A stretch of DNA of 40,117 bases from a virus. Its lineage: Duplodnaviria; Caudoviricetes. A model generated the notes under the pieces. The model was not told the DNA's origin. It searched no databases and saw only the letters and a list, made by a program, of their open reading frames with translations. This document shows positions 24,763-35,815 of this stretch, in pieces (position 1 is the stretch's first letter; each line of letters opens with the position of its first letter). Position numbers and translations under genes: made by a program. The stretch is taken from the IMG/VR virus record IMGVR_UViG_3300033067_001922, positions 1 to 40,117 of that record; one strand, given 5' to 3'.

Positions 24763-26607
24763 ATGCCAGTCGATAGTCGCAATCCAGTCACCAAGGCAGT
24801 TAAGCAGCGCAAGTACCTCAACAAGGACTTCGATGGCTTCCGTTCGGATCTCTACGAATACGCCAAGATCCACTTTCCTGACCGCATCCGTGACTTTTCG
24901 GAAGCTAGCTTGGGTGGAATGCTCCTTGAGCTGGCCGCATACGTCGGAGATGTGCAGTCCTTCTACCTGGATCACCAGTTCCACGAACTCAATCCAGAAA
25001 CCGCTGTTGAGGCCAGGAATATCCAAGCTCATCTCCGCAATGCTGGAGTGGAAATTGTCGGAGCTTCGCCTGCTGTTGTCGATGTAACCTTCTCGGTTGA
25101 GGTGCCAGCGGATTCGTCTGTAAGTCCGCCAACGCCTCTTAGGAGTGCCATGCCTCTGATCTACGCCGGAACAAGGGTGCAGGCTCAGAATGGCGTGCAG
25201 TTTGAACTGACAGAAGACCTGGACTTTGCTGATCTCAATAGCGATGGAAGTTTGAAGGCAACAGTGCGCATCTCCCAGAGGGACGCAAACAACACTCCAA
25301 CCTACTTCACCATGGAGAGGACTGGGATTTGCATTTCGGGTTTCAGGGCAACGGAATCATTCTCCGTTGGCTCCTTCGAACCATTCAAGAAGTACACCCT
25401 GGCACAAGAGAACGTCACTCAGGTTGTCTACGTCCAGGATTCCCTTGGAAACGACTACTACGAGGTTGGGTACCTCGCTCAGAATGTTATCTACAAGGCA
25501 CTCACCAACCAAAATGAAGATGGGGACTTGGTGCCTGACAATCTCCAAATTATCCCTTGCCCTTACCGCTTTTTGAAGGAAATGGCGATTGACACAAGGT
25601 TGACAACCCTGACCTTCGGTGGCGGAAATGCCGATTCCCTGGACGACGATGCAATCCCAGATCCATCGGAGTTTGCTCTTCCCCTCTATGGGAAAAGAAC
25701 CTTCTCCAGGTATACCTTGAACCCATCCAACCTTCTCCAGACAACCACCTTTGGTGTCATTGGAGCCAATACCACGATTACCGTGGAATATCGGTATGGC
25801 GGCGGGTTGAGCCACAACGTTGACCGTGGAGCTATCAACAGCACCGTGAACCTTGTTATTGCCTTCCCTCGTTCTCCAAGCGCCGATGTTGCCGCCAGGG
25901 TTCGTCAAAGCTTGTTTGTCAGGAATGACGAAAAAGCATCGGGTGGTGAGGATGCTCCAAACCTTGATGAGCTCAAGCTCAGGGTAGGAGGAGCTAGAGG
26001 AGCTCAGTCCAGGATTGTCACAAAGGAAGACCTCTTGGCAAGGGTCTACACCCTGCCAGCCAACTTTGGCAGGGTGTTCAGGGCTTCGATTCGATCCAAC
26101 CCAAATAACCCCCTTTCTTCCTTGCTCTACATCATCTCCAGGGATTCATCGAGCCAGTTGATCACCTCGCCAGATTCCCTGAAGAAGAACTTGGCGAAGT
26201 ACCTCAACGAGTACAGGATGATCTCCGACGCCATCGACATCCTTGATGCCCAGGTGATCAACCTTCAGGTGGATTTCACAATCGTTGCCGACCCAACTTA
26301 CAACCGAGCTCAGGTCCTCAACAACGTTCTCGTGAAACTGAAGCAGTATTTCGATATCAAGCACTACGAAATCGACCAACCAATCGTCCTTGATGACATT
26401 CGGAACATCATCTACAACAACCCAGGTGTCCTTTCCCTTCAAAGCCTAAACCTGCGAAACGTCACAGGAACAAGCGGAACCAGGACGTACAGCGATGTGC
26501 AATTTGACGTAAATGGCAACACAAATCGTGGTTTTGTGATGGGTCCTCCAGGTTCGATCTTTGAAGTCCGCTACAAAGAGGATGACCTGATCGGTACAGT
26601 GACGTGA
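24763..26607 (+). CDS. Baseplate wedge subunit (gp6/baseplate J-like)
   Basis: YLNKDFDGFRSDL, LELAAYVGD..SFYLD, LTFGGG, YRYGGG and ASGGEDAP...AQSRIVTKED. Confidence 0.88.
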   Translation: MPVDSRNPVTKAVKQRKYLNKDFDGFRSDLYEYAKIHFPDRIRDFSEASLGGMLLELAAYVGDVQSFYLDHQFHELNPETAVEARNIQAHLRNAGVEIVGASPAVVDVTFSVEVPADSSVSPPTPLRSAMPLIYAGTRVQAQNGVQFELTEDLDFADLNSDGSLKATVRISQRDANNTPTYFTMERTGICISGFRATESFSVGSFEPFKKYTLAQENVTQVVYVQDSLGNDYYEVGYLAQNVIYKALTNQNEDGDLVPDNLQIIPCPYRFLKEMAIDTRLTTLTFGGGNADSLDDDAIPDPSEFALPLYGKRTFSRYTLNPSNLLQTTTFGVIGANTTITVEYRYGGGLSHNVDRGAINSTVNLVIAFPRSPSADVAARVRQSLFVRNDEKASGGEDAPNLDELKLRVGGARGAQSRIVTKEDLLARVYTLPANFGRVFRASIRSNPNNPLSSLLYIISRDSSSQLITSPDSLKKNLAKYLNEYRMISDAIDILDAQVINLQVDFTIVADPTYNRAQVLNNVLVKLKQYFDIKHYEIDQPIVLDDIRNIIYNNPGVLSLQSLNLRNVTGTSGTRTYSDVQFDVNGNTNRGFVMGPPGSIFEVRYKEDDLIGTVT

Positions 26608-26657
26608 CACAAAACATCCCCCTCTGCGTCATCTTACTTTTGAGACGCAGAACGGCA

Positions 26658-27488
26658 ATGAAACTCATCTACAACGAACATTCTATCAAGTCAGGCATTT
26701 ACAAGATTCTGAATACTCACACCGATCGCATCTACATTGGACAAGCCAAAGAATTCAAAAACCGTTGGAAGGGTCATCAACGTTCTCTTCTCAACAACAA
26801 ACATCAAAATCGCTTTCTTCAAGCCGATTTCAATAAATGTCGAGAAGAGCTTGGGCACGATGACTTCCTTGAGTTCCATGTCCTAGAGGTGCTGGAAGGG
26901 TCTACTAAGGAAGAACGAAACAAGCGGGAGGAAGAGTTGATTGCGCTATGGTTTGACGGCGGCAAGCAGTGCTACAATCTCACACTGAAAGCAGTTTCTA
27001 GAGAAGGTTGTCCTTCTAGGAATCCTGATGAAACTCGAAGAAGAATGTCTGAGGCAGGGAAGAAGGCAATTAATCCAGCCCGATTTCGCCCTGGAATGAT
27101 TCCTTGGAACAAGGACGAGAAGGGGCTCTTTTCTGAAGACACCATTGAGAAAATCAAAAAAGCTCGTGCTTGCCAGGTATTTTCAGAGGAAACGCGCGCT
27201 AAGATGTCGTCTTCTCAATGTGGCCGGATATGCACCAAGGAAATGAAACGGAAAATTGGCGAGAAGAATAGCGAGCACATGAAAGAACTCTGGCAGAATC
27301 CAGAGTATCGTGAAAAGATGACTGGCAGAGCGGGACATGAACATTCCGTTGAAACCAAAGAGAAAATCAGCAAAAGCCTGAAAGGGAAAAGGAAGAGTCC
27401 CGAGACGATTGAGAAGATGCGCGAAGCAAGAAAAAAGCTTTGGCAAGACCCTGAGTACAGGAAACGAGTCCAACAACACCGGAACTAG
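26658..27488 (+). CDS. GIY-YIG homing endonuclease with NUMOD3 repeats
   Basis: SGIYKILN...IYIGQA, PWNK, SEETRAKMS and HSVETKEKIS. Confidence 0.92.
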   Translation: MKLIYNEHSIKSGIYKILNTHTDRIYIGQAKEFKNRWKGHQRSLLNNKHQNRFLQADFNKCREELGHDDFLEFHVLEVLEGSTKEERNKREEELIALWFDGGKQCYNLTLKAVSREGCPSRNPDETRRRMSEAGKKAINPARFRPGMIPWNKDEKGLFSEDTIEKIKKARACQVFSEETRAKMSSSQCGRICTKEMKRKIGEKNSEHMKELWQNPEYREKMTGRAGHEHSVETKEKISKSLKGKRKSPETIEKMREARKKLWQDPEYRKRVQQHRN

Positions 27489-27519
27489 AAGAAGAAGGGC
27501 TGGATAATTACCTCCAGCC

Positions 27520-29052
27520 ATGTACCGCATCCTGCCAATCTCCAAAGACACCTACCTGACCAACAAGATCATTGCTGGCTCCGGTTCAACTTCTTCGAAT
27601 GTTGGACAGGCTGGTACCTTGGACCTTTACAAGATTTGGACGCTGGTAACATCCGGCAGCACCCCAACAGTCGAGACCTCCCGACTCCTGGTGCAGCCCG
27701 ACCTTGATCCGCTTCGCTCTTTGACAGGTTCCCTGCTCAACATCGCGGATTCATCCTTCAAGTGCTATCTCTCCCTCAAGGATGTTTATGGAGGGCAGAC
27801 CACTCCATCCAACTTTGCTATTGTCCTCAACCCGCTTTCAAAGTCCTGGGATGAGGGTCGAGGACGAGATGTGAGGCTCTACAGAGACTTGGACTCGGCC
27901 AATTGGGTGACTGCCTCGGTTGACAACGGAACGCCCTCTACTTGGGCTGTTACGGGCGCTGCGGGCAGTGGTACAGATTACCTCCCTGCCTACGAGGTAA
28001 AGCAAACCTTTGCGAGGGGTGACGAGAACCTCTTGATGGATGTGACTTCCATCGTCTCTGCGACCCTTGCTGGAGTTATCTCGGACTATGGCTGGAGGGT
28101 TGCATACAGCTCCTCCTACGAGAACGACGAGAGCACCTACTTCGTGAAGAGATTTGGTTCGAGACATACCTCCAACCTGAATCTCCGACCAAAGCTGATC
28201 GTGACTTATGGGGACACCCTTGAGGATAGCGGAAGTCAAGCTGTTTTTGGTCAAACCAACAAGATTCGTACCTACAACAAGGTGAATGGGGCCTACAGCT
28301 ACTTCTACTCGGGCTCCCAGGCTGTTACGGGTTCGGACTCCTTGATGCTGGTGATGGTTGCTTCCAAGAGCGTCAACATCACGACCTCATCCTACGAGAC
28401 CAACTTCTCTGCTTCAATCACCTACACGACGAGCAGCTACTCCTATTTCTCTTCTTCTTTCTCCGCCTCTCTCTCCTCTATTGGTAATCTTCCACTGGTC
28501 GGGTACTACGAGGCAGCGGTTGGAATGAACCCGCAGCTCACATCGTCCCTTGCAACCTTCCTGGGATCGGACAAGTCAGCGGTATTCCAGACTTACTGGA
28601 AGAGCCTGGACGGGACAGTTCTCTACAGCTCTGGCTCTTGGATGACCTTCACCCTCCCACAATCAGGGGAAACGGTGAGCTCTGAGAGGAACTTTGTTGT
28701 TAATGTAACCAACCTCAAGGAGGAGTACGTTCAAGACCAAACTGTTCGCTTCCGTGTATTCGTCCAGGACAGGAATACGGAACAACCAGCACTCAGGCTT
28801 CCAACACCAGCCAAGTCCTTCCTTTTTGGAGCGATGTACTGGAGGTTGCTAAATGCCTTCTCCCGTGAGGTTGTTATCCCATTTCACAGCACAGGAACTA
28901 AGATGTCCTCTGATGGGTTCGGCAGGTACTTCGACATGTACATGGAAGACCTTGACCCTCAAGTGGTCTACGAGCTCGAATTCCAGATCACTGAAGCTGG
29001 TAGGGATTACTTCATCACCAACCAGGGATTCCGCTTCAAGGTAGTGCCATAA
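27520..29052 (+). CDS. Virion structural protein (Ser/Thr-rich, beta-rich)
   Basis: Located in the baseplate cluster; KDTYLTN, LSKSWDEGRG and RPKLIVTY; TAATTA upstream. Confidence 0.65.
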   Translation: MYRILPISKDTYLTNKIIAGSGSTSSNVGQAGTLDLYKIWTLVTSGSTPTVETSRLLVQPDLDPLRSLTGSLLNIADSSFKCYLSLKDVYGGQTTPSNFAIVLNPLSKSWDEGRGRDVRLYRDLDSANWVTASVDNGTPSTWAVTGAAGSGTDYLPAYEVKQTFARGDENLLMDVTSIVSATLAGVISDYGWRVAYSSSYENDESTYFVKRFGSRHTSNLNLRPKLIVTYGDTLEDSGSQAVFGQTNKIRTYNKVNGAYSYFYSGSQAVTGSDSLMLVMVASKSVNITTSSYETNFSASITYTTSSYSYFSSSFSASLSSIGNLPLVGYYEAAVGMNPQLTSSLATFLGSDKSAVFQTYWKSLDGTVLYSSGSWMTFTLPQSGETVSSERNFVVNVTNLKEEYVQDQTVRFRVFVQDRNTEQPALRLPTPAKSFLFGAMYWRLLNAFSREVVIPFHSTGTKMSSDGFGRYFDMYMEDLDPQVVYELEFQITEAGRDYFITNQGFRFKVVP

Positions 29053-32000
29053 TGCCAAGTCCACGAAATCTGAGACTCAACAGACCACCTCTGTTTTCGC
29101 CTTCTGTTATCCGCCAAGTTGGAGATGGGGGCTCTGGTGGTAGTGGATTCTACGAAACCACCTTGACTGCTATGTCCGGGACAGCCTTGGATAGCTCCGG
29201 CTCGTTCCGTTATTCCTTGCAAAAGGAAGGAATGAAATCCACTCAGCAGCTCAATGTGGATTGGTCCGCCTTTGAGAACCACACCTTCTTCAACTCCGCT
29301 TATGTGAAGTCAAACGTTGCCTTCAGGAAGATTTTCGATCAATTTCCTTTCGATGGAACGCAAGGGGAACTTGAGAACTTCCTTGATGGTCTCACCGGCT
29401 TCGAGAAGTACGTCTACGACCAATTTCCGAAGAACAAGGGCTATCTCTTCTTTTCAGGCACCCTTCCATCGGAGACCGGCGTCAGTGGGACTTATGTGAC
29501 AACCAAGGATGTTGCCGGAGCAAGCTACCCTGGGATCTCCAGGGACCTTTCAGGTCAGGCAATCCTGAACCCAGGTCTGTCCTCCATGACCGTGGAGTTC
29601 CAGGTTTACATGCCAGCTCTGGCTAACTCTGGTTCCTTTTTGGTCAACAAGTACGCTTACTCTGCTGTGAGCGGAACACATGGGTTTGGAATCCTCACGG
29701 CTCCAACAAGCTCAACAACCCAGGGGAAGATGACCTTTGAAGTTGGCTCTGGAAGCTACACCCTCTCTGCCGATGCTGTGTTCAACAAAGGCCAGTGGAA
29801 CCACGTTGCTTTTGTTTGGGACAGAAGGGTTTCACAGAACAAGATCCTCTCCTATGTGAATGGAGCTTTCTATGCCTCATCGTCCCAAGTAGAGATTGGC
29901 ACAATGAACATGGATTCCGCTGACTTCATTGTCGGCTCCGGGTCGGCTGTTCCTTTCTTCACTGGAAGTGTTACCTTCTCTGGTGCCTTGGATGAACTCA
30001 GGATTTGGCACACGATTCGCTCTCAAGCAGAGCGCGATGAATACCAGAAGAAGAATGTCAATGCTCAAAGTGGGCTGAAGCTCTACTACAGGTTCAACGA
30101 GGCTTCCGGTTCTCAGTCCCCTGTCGTTCTGGACTATTCTGGCAACTCACTTCACGGAACACTTTGTGATTGGGCAGACACCAGGAATATCAGGAACATT
30201 GCGACTGGCTCCGTGGCTGGCGAAAGTCCAATGACCTATGAAAGGGAGGAGTACAACCCTATCCTCTTCCCTCTTCACCCTGACGTTGAGGCGCTCAACC
30301 AAACCTTCCTTGACAACGCCGAGGAGTTCGACAGGATCAACCCAAACAGGATTGACCGCTTGATCCCACAACACTACCTGCTCCAAGGGCAGGACAAGGA
30401 TGGGCTTAGCACAGAACAAGGCCCGATCATTGATGCCTTGAGTGTCTCCGGCGCAACCCCCGACACAGCAAAGCTCGGGGATACCCAGGTCATCTTGATG
30501 CTTCTCTACACCTGGGCGAAGTTCTTTGACGAGATGAAGCTCTATATCCAAGCCTTTGGAAATCTAAGCCAACTCGACTATGACAGCACAGATACGATCC
30601 CAGACGCCTTTTTGGAGTTCTTGGCTCAACAGCATGGAATCACCCTTCCTCCGCTGTTTACTGGCGCTTCCATTTCTCAGTTCATCAACGCCGAGAACAT
30701 CGACAACCAGATCAGCACAAACAATTACTCCCTTCAGTACATCCAAAACCAGATTTGGCGACGGATGCTCCTGAACATCCAAGACGTTCTCAAGTCAAAG
30801 GGCACTATTCACTCGGTCAAAACGTTCATCCGTTCCGTGGGTATTGAACCCGACAACAATTTCCGAATTCGAGAGTTCGGCGGACCAACCACCAAGACTC
30901 TGACCAACACAAGGGAATCAAGGAGCGAGGTGAGCACCCTGCTTCAGTTCTCTGGTAGCTCTATTGCAAGGTCCGATTACCTCTCTGGTTCTAGGTTGGA
31001 AACGGAAACTGGGTTCCCAAGGGTTCCACCAGGAACGGTTTTCACCAACGGAGTTTCTACAGACAAAGGAACTGGATTCTACACTTCCGGTTCTTGGTGT
31101 TTCGAGGGGATCTACCGCTTCCCTTCGACAAGCTCGCTTTCCAGCACCACGCAGAGCTTGGCAAGAATGCTCTCTACTGGTTCAGGCGCTCCGAGCGGTG
31201 GATACTTGCTGGCAAATCTCCTTGCCACAACGGACGGTGTAATCACCTTTGCGACAACACCAAGCCCAACTGCAACCCTGGAGTTGACGGTGACTGGAGC
31301 TATCTTTGATGGCAACCCATGGCACATCTCCTTTGGTCGCTACAGAGCCGACGAAGTCTCCTCCAACGTCTCCTCGTCCTACTTCTTGAGAGTCGCCAAG
31401 CAGAGCTTTGGTGAAATCACAGACCAACACGTAACGTCCTCTTTTTGCTTCGAAGATGGAAACATCTTCTGGAGCACCTACGATACGTTCTACAACGTTT
31501 CGGGAGCTTGGTTGGCTGTAGGGTCAGAGAGTATTGCAACGGGTAGTGTAGCCCTGAATAGCGCAAGCTTTGGGTCGTTCTACAGGACAACCAACTTCGA
31601 TGGGCGAGCTGGACACTTCAGGTTTTGGTCGAAGGCTCTTGAAGAAGCTGAATGGAGAGAGCACGTCAGGAACTTCAAGTCCCTGGGTGTTGCCGATCCA
31701 TTGACGAACTTCAACTTCGTCACAAACGAGTCGGGCTCCTTTGGAAGACTGCGCATGGACGTTACCACAGACCAGCCGGTTACATCTTCTGATGGCTCTG
31801 GGGCACTCTACCTCACAGACTTTTCTCAGAACGGGACTGACTGGACCGGAAGCTTTGCAATCACAAGCAGCGTGATCGTACCTCAAAGGTTTCAGTACAG
31901 CCTGATCTCTCCAAAGTTCGACGTTGGAGCAACAACCGACAAAGTCCGAGTTCGCTCCTTCCAGAGCTACGAGAACGTCCAGAGTTCCTCCTATGCCCAG

Positions 32001-32471
32001 GTTGCTCCTCTGTATTCAATGAATCCATCTGACACTCCACACGATAACACGAGGTTCACCGTGGATTACTCGATTGTGGATGCCTTGGACCAGGACATGA
32101 TCAACCTGTTCTCCACCTTGGATATCTTGGATAACATCATCGGAAACCCAGAACTGGTGTTCTCCCCTGATTACCCAGACCTTGAGAACCTTCGAAACGT
32201 GTACTTCCACAGGTTGACAGACATGGTCAACCTGAAGGGCCTCTTCGAGTTCTACAAGTGGTTCGATGCCAACATTGGAACCTTTATCGCTCAATTGGTT
32301 CCAAGAAAAACGAAGTTCCTGGGAACCAACTTTGTGATCGAGTCCCACATGCTGGAAAGGCCAAAACTGGAATATCACTACGCTGATATCTACCTTGGAG
32401 ACAGCTACCGCCATGCTCTGAAGGACACAATCCTCTTCTTGCAAATTGCCGGTAACGTAGCGAGGTACTAA
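29052..32471 (+). CDS. Large baseplate/tail protein with LamG (concanavalin-like) domains
   Basis: QWNHVAFVWD...YVNG...FSGALDELRIW, plus wedge-like IWRRMLLNIQDVLKSKGT. Confidence 0.75.
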   Translation: MPSPRNLRLNRPPLFSPSVIRQVGDGGSGGSGFYETTLTAMSGTALDSSGSFRYSLQKEGMKSTQQLNVDWSAFENHTFFNSAYVKSNVAFRKIFDQFPFDGTQGELENFLDGLTGFEKYVYDQFPKNKGYLFFSGTLPSETGVSGTYVTTKDVAGASYPGISRDLSGQAILNPGLSSMTVEFQVYMPALANSGSFLVNKYAYSAVSGTHGFGILTAPTSSTTQGKMTFEVGSGSYTLSADAVFNKGQWNHVAFVWDRRVSQNKILSYVNGAFYASSSQVEIGTMNMDSADFIVGSGSAVPFFTGSVTFSGALDELRIWHTIRSQAERDEYQKKNVNAQSGLKLYYRFNEASGSQSPVVLDYSGNSLHGTLCDWADTRNIRNIATGSVAGESPMTYEREEYNPILFPLHPDVEALNQTFLDNAEEFDRINPNRIDRLIPQHYLLQGQDKDGLSTEQGPIIDALSVSGATPDTAKLGDTQVILMLLYTWAKFFDEMKLYIQAFGNLSQLDYDSTDTIPDAFLEFLAQQHGITLPPLFTGASISQFINAENIDNQISTNNYSLQYIQNQIWRRMLLNIQDVLKSKGTIHSVKTFIRSVGIEPDNNFRIREFGGPTTKTLTNTRESRSEVSTLLQFSGSSIARSDYLSGSRLETETGFPRVPPGTVFTNGVSTDKGTGFYTSGSWCFEGIYRFPSTSSLSSTTQSLARMLSTGSGAPSGGYLLANLLATTDGVITFATTPSPTATLELTVTGAIFDGNPWHISFGRYRADEVSSNVSSSYFLRVAKQSFGEITDQHVTSSFCFEDGNIFWSTYDTFYNVSGAWLAVGSESIATGSVALNSASFGSFYRTTNFDGRAGHFRFWSKALEEAEWREHVRNFKSLGVADPLTNFNFVTNESGSFGRLRMDVTTDQPVTSSDGSGALYLTDFSQNGTDWTGSFAITSSVIVPQRFQYSLISPKFDVGATTDKVRVRSFQSYENVQSSSYAQVAPLYSMNPSDTPHDNTRFTVDYSIVDALDQDMINLFSTLDILDNIIGNPELVFSPDYPDLENLRNVYFHRLTDMVNLKGLFEFYKWFDANIGTFIAQLVPRKTKFLGTNFVIESHMLERPKLEYHYADIYLGDSYRHALKDTILFLQIAGNVARY

Positions 32472-33292
32472 TGGCTTTCACTCCGTTCGATGACACCCAA
32501 ACACCAAGGCGAGATGCAGAGCCAACAACAGACGGCTATGACACCTCTGCGATTGACTACTACCGCCAAGGTGTTGAAATCACAACAAACCGCGTCAGAT
32601 TCATGGGAGCTCAACCAAAGATTTGGTCGGGCGAACTTGATGGTGCAACCAACGTAACGACCTATGGTCAGTTCGTTGGCTATGTGGATTCCAATGCAAG
32701 GGAACTTGGTGGAAAGTTTGAGGACCTCCCAAAGTTCGATCCAGTTGCCTACATCTCCATGGGCAATGACTACCCAGGGCCAATTGAGTTCAATGACGGA
32801 GCTCCGCAAGCAAACGAAGCGGTAATTGAACCGCTCACCATCCCATTCCGCCGTCCTGCAAATGAAGGCCCGTACTACGCCCACAGCGTCCACGGTTCCC
32901 TGGAAGATGGTAATGACTTCGACTCTTACGTCGTCCGAGGTTCAAGTCGTATCCAGCAATTCTACGACCTCCGTCCAACACCACAAATTCGCCCATTTCT
33001 TGATGAAGGTGGCGACTCCTTTGGTGGAATCAGGAGAGACCCCTATGTTTCTCCTGTTGTCAAGGAGATAATTCCATTTGACGATGCAAACACCTTCAGC
33101 CCCGATAAGAGGCTACAAACATCCGATGTTGCCTTCCTAAGTGCAGCAAGCGCTGGAATTGTCACAGGAGAGGAAGACATGTTGCCTTATGCTCAGAAGT
33201 CTTCTGCGGCTGGGTCAACCTACTACGGCCTGAATGCCGGTCAATACGGCACGGATTCCATCACGTTTGGTGGTTGGGCGCGAGGCTCTTGA
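32471..33292 (+). CDS. Putative virion structural protein
   Basis: TAATG-coupled ORF within the structural cluster; recurring PFDD-like motifs. Confidence 0.65.
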   Translation: MAFTPFDDTQTPRRDAEPTTDGYDTSAIDYYRQGVEITTNRVRFMGAQPKIWSGELDGATNVTTYGQFVGYVDSNARELGGKFEDLPKFDPVAYISMGNDYPGPIEFNDGAPQANEAVIEPLTIPFRRPANEGPYYAHSVHGSLEDGNDFDSYVVRGSSRIQQFYDLRPTPQIRPFLDEGGDSFGGIRRDPYVSPVVKEIIPFDDANTFSPDKRLQTSDVAFLSAASAGIVTGEEDMLPYAQKSSAAGSTYYGLNAGQYGTDSITFGGWARGS

Positions 33293-33307
33293 GAAGAAGA
33301 GTGTAAC

Positions 33308-35815
33308 ATGGCAAGAACTCTGAAAAACACGAGGATCAAAGGACTCCCTGCAAGGGTCCAGTTGCAGCAAAAGGATGCTGCTTCAGGGTCCTTTCCCGTG
33401 AAAACAAGGATCGCTTCGGACAACCGAACTGGGTTCTTCTCGTCTTCCTTTGATGACATGAAGACGGTTCCGTTCACCTCCTACCTTTCCGGCTCCGAGA
33501 ATCAAGGCTTCAACGTTGTGGCCGCGGACGGGACGTACTCGAACTATTCCCTTGGACCAGCATACCCAGGTGGTAGCGTTTACTCTTGGTGGAGGTTTCA
33601 AAGCAAGAGCTCCTCTGGTGGGATCTACAGCACCCCAAATAGTGCAATGTCAATGTACTCTGGTTCGTTCGATACCTCGAACTACACCCTGAGTACAACA
33701 CAGCTTCCCTCCTACTACAACAACAGCGGAACCCTTTGGCCCAACACCAACTCTGTTTACGTTGACGGTACTGGCACAGGCATTTTCACAACCTATTCAT
33801 CTTCTGATGGAAGGAATAACGAAATCCTTCGTGATCAGGTGTTGAACTTCACCCTCGCCACGCACTTCTACGTCAGCTCTCTCTTGCCGTACTATCCGTT
33901 CTTTTGGGTGGGAACGAACAACTCCATTCCGATTTTCGAGGTGCTTGGAGCTTCGACGAAAGAGGTTGTTATTGGGTTCTTTTCCGGCCCAACCAAGTAC
34001 CAGATTTTCTCATCTTCAACTCCTGCTTTTGCTGATAAGCAGTGGCATCACCTTGCCGTGGCTGTCTCGGGAAACAGCAACAGCGACGTGGGAGCTACCG
34101 TGTATGTCAATGGTGTGGCCATTGACATGATTCCGGTTATGAACACAGGCTTCTCGGGTGCTCCAACCAACTCTGGCACCATCCACCTGGGGGCTGCTTT
34201 TGACACCCTTGGGTACATTGGAAATGATGTTGTTGGCGATGGGTACTACAGCCAATTCGTCTTTGCAAACCGTCCAATCACAGCAGCCGAGGCGGTGTAT
34301 CTCTACGATGGAACAGTTCCATCTGCTTCCGTTGGAGTGATGATGCCCGCTGGGCTTCATACCTCTCACCCCGCTCTGAAACGCTACGATGCGTACGGAT
34401 CGTTCGTTGATGATCCCGAGATGACCACTGACTTGGTGATCTCTGGAATCGTCCGCAAGGGCGTTGGGGACTCATTTGTCAGGTACACTCCAGGCCAGGA
34501 CATTCAACCCTTCAGGGATTGCAACAACCCAGCGGTTGACGGCAAGTCCCAGGGCAATGTCTTCTATGCCACGGGCAGCAAGGTTTCTGACATTGGAGAG
34601 GGCTTTGATCAGCCTCTTTGGAGCAAAACCAAGATTGAGATTGACCTCACTCCGAACTCCGTCCACTCGGTTTACATCGAGAACTACACCAGCGGCTCCA
34701 ACAACTACCCAATGTGCTACTGGAACAAGGACCTGAAGAAGTGGCAGGGAATTGGAACAGGGAAGGAGTTTGGAACCTATGCGAACACTCTTTCCGGGCT
34801 GCAAAAACTTTGGGACGAGCAGTGCATTGGGTTTGCCCAGGGGCTCGACAACGGAGGTGCTTCTGTCAGGGATTTGGCTGCTGGAGCTCCTACGAGCAAC
34901 TTTGGCTTCCCTTACCATGGAAAATTCCACGCTACATCCTCCAACACAATCTCCCTTTCGGACTACATCCAGGAGCCATTCCTGGTTGAGAAGATTGTCC
35001 TGGAGTTCAGCGGAACCTTTGCTCAAAACTCTTTCGTGAGTTCTGGCAGCACCAAGGCTACGATGAACACCTTCTTCATCCTCAACCAACGTGCTCCTTT
35101 CCGCTACATTGACAGTGGTTTCCAAACGATCCCATATCGTGTCACAAACACCCCAACAGCTTCCTTTGAGGTGACTGGAGCAACCATCCCAGAAACCATT
35201 AATGGAAACTACTGTGCAACCTCCCGTGACCTTGTTACCTGGGCGCAGTTCGTAGCGTTCCAATCGGGCGATGCAACCTCGATCGAGAGAATGTCCAGGG
35301 AGTTGAATCTTACGGGAACAAACGGAAACTGGAGCGGACGCTACGCTCTCTCGGGTGCGGTAAAGAGCCCATTCTCCAGCGATGGTCACGCTGAGATGAG
35401 CTTGGGTGATTCGGTTCAGTTCATGCTGCTCAACAAGAACGGAAGCAGGAATGGCCTATTCGTCCCAAGCGGTCGTGACCACATTGGCTCCTTGGATAGG
35501 GGAAATGTTGTTGCCAGCGCAGGTTTGAACTTCATCAATGCCCCAGTTGTTTCCTTGGGAAGATACAGCAAGCCAAATCCATACCTCTTGCTTCCAACAG
35601 ATAACTTGGTCCTTGGTTGGCAACTTCCGCTGTTCAATGCGCTAAACGACAACGGAATCTCACCAACCTACAACACCCGTGGCCCAAGCCTTACCTTCGC
35701 TGCTGCACCTGCAAAGATCGTTATTTACGGTTCCATGGTGCGGGAAGGTAAGGAACACCACGATACTCTTAATCAGCACTTGACTTCGGTCAGTGTCCAT
35801 GAGGTGATCGGATGA
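33308..35815 (+). CDS. Virion protein with LamG-like domain
   Basis: DKQWHHLAVAV...VYVNGV...IHLG; Ser/Thr/Gly-rich. Confidence 0.7.
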   Translation: MARTLKNTRIKGLPARVQLQQKDAASGSFPVKTRIASDNRTGFFSSSFDDMKTVPFTSYLSGSENQGFNVVAADGTYSNYSLGPAYPGGSVYSWWRFQSKSSSGGIYSTPNSAMSMYSGSFDTSNYTLSTTQLPSYYNNSGTLWPNTNSVYVDGTGTGIFTTYSSSDGRNNEILRDQVLNFTLATHFYVSSLLPYYPFFWVGTNNSIPIFEVLGASTKEVVIGFFSGPTKYQIFSSSTPAFADKQWHHLAVAVSGNSNSDVGATVYVNGVAIDMIPVMNTGFSGAPTNSGTIHLGAAFDTLGYIGNDVVGDGYYSQFVFANRPITAAEAVYLYDGTVPSASVGVMMPAGLHTSHPALKRYDAYGSFVDDPEMTTDLVISGIVRKGVGDSFVRYTPGQDIQPFRDCNNPAVDGKSQGNVFYATGSKVSDIGEGFDQPLWSKTKIEIDLTPNSVHSVYIENYTSGSNNYPMCYWNKDLKKWQGIGTGKEFGTYANTLSGLQKLWDEQCIGFAQGLDNGGASVRDLAAGAPTSNFGFPYHGKFHATSSNTISLSDYIQEPFLVEKIVLEFSGTFAQNSFVSSGSTKATMNTFFILNQRAPFRYIDSGFQTIPYRVTNTPTASFEVTGATIPETINGNYCATSRDLVTWAQFVAFQSGDATSIERMSRELNLTGTNGNWSGRYALSGAVKSPFSSDGHAEMSLGDSVQFMLLNKNGSRNGLFVPSGRDHIGSLDRGNVVASAGLNFINAPVVSLGRYSKPNPYLLLPTDNLVLGWQLPLFNALNDNGISPTYNTRGPSLTFAAAPAKIVIYGSMVREGKEHHDTLNQHLTSVSVHEVIG

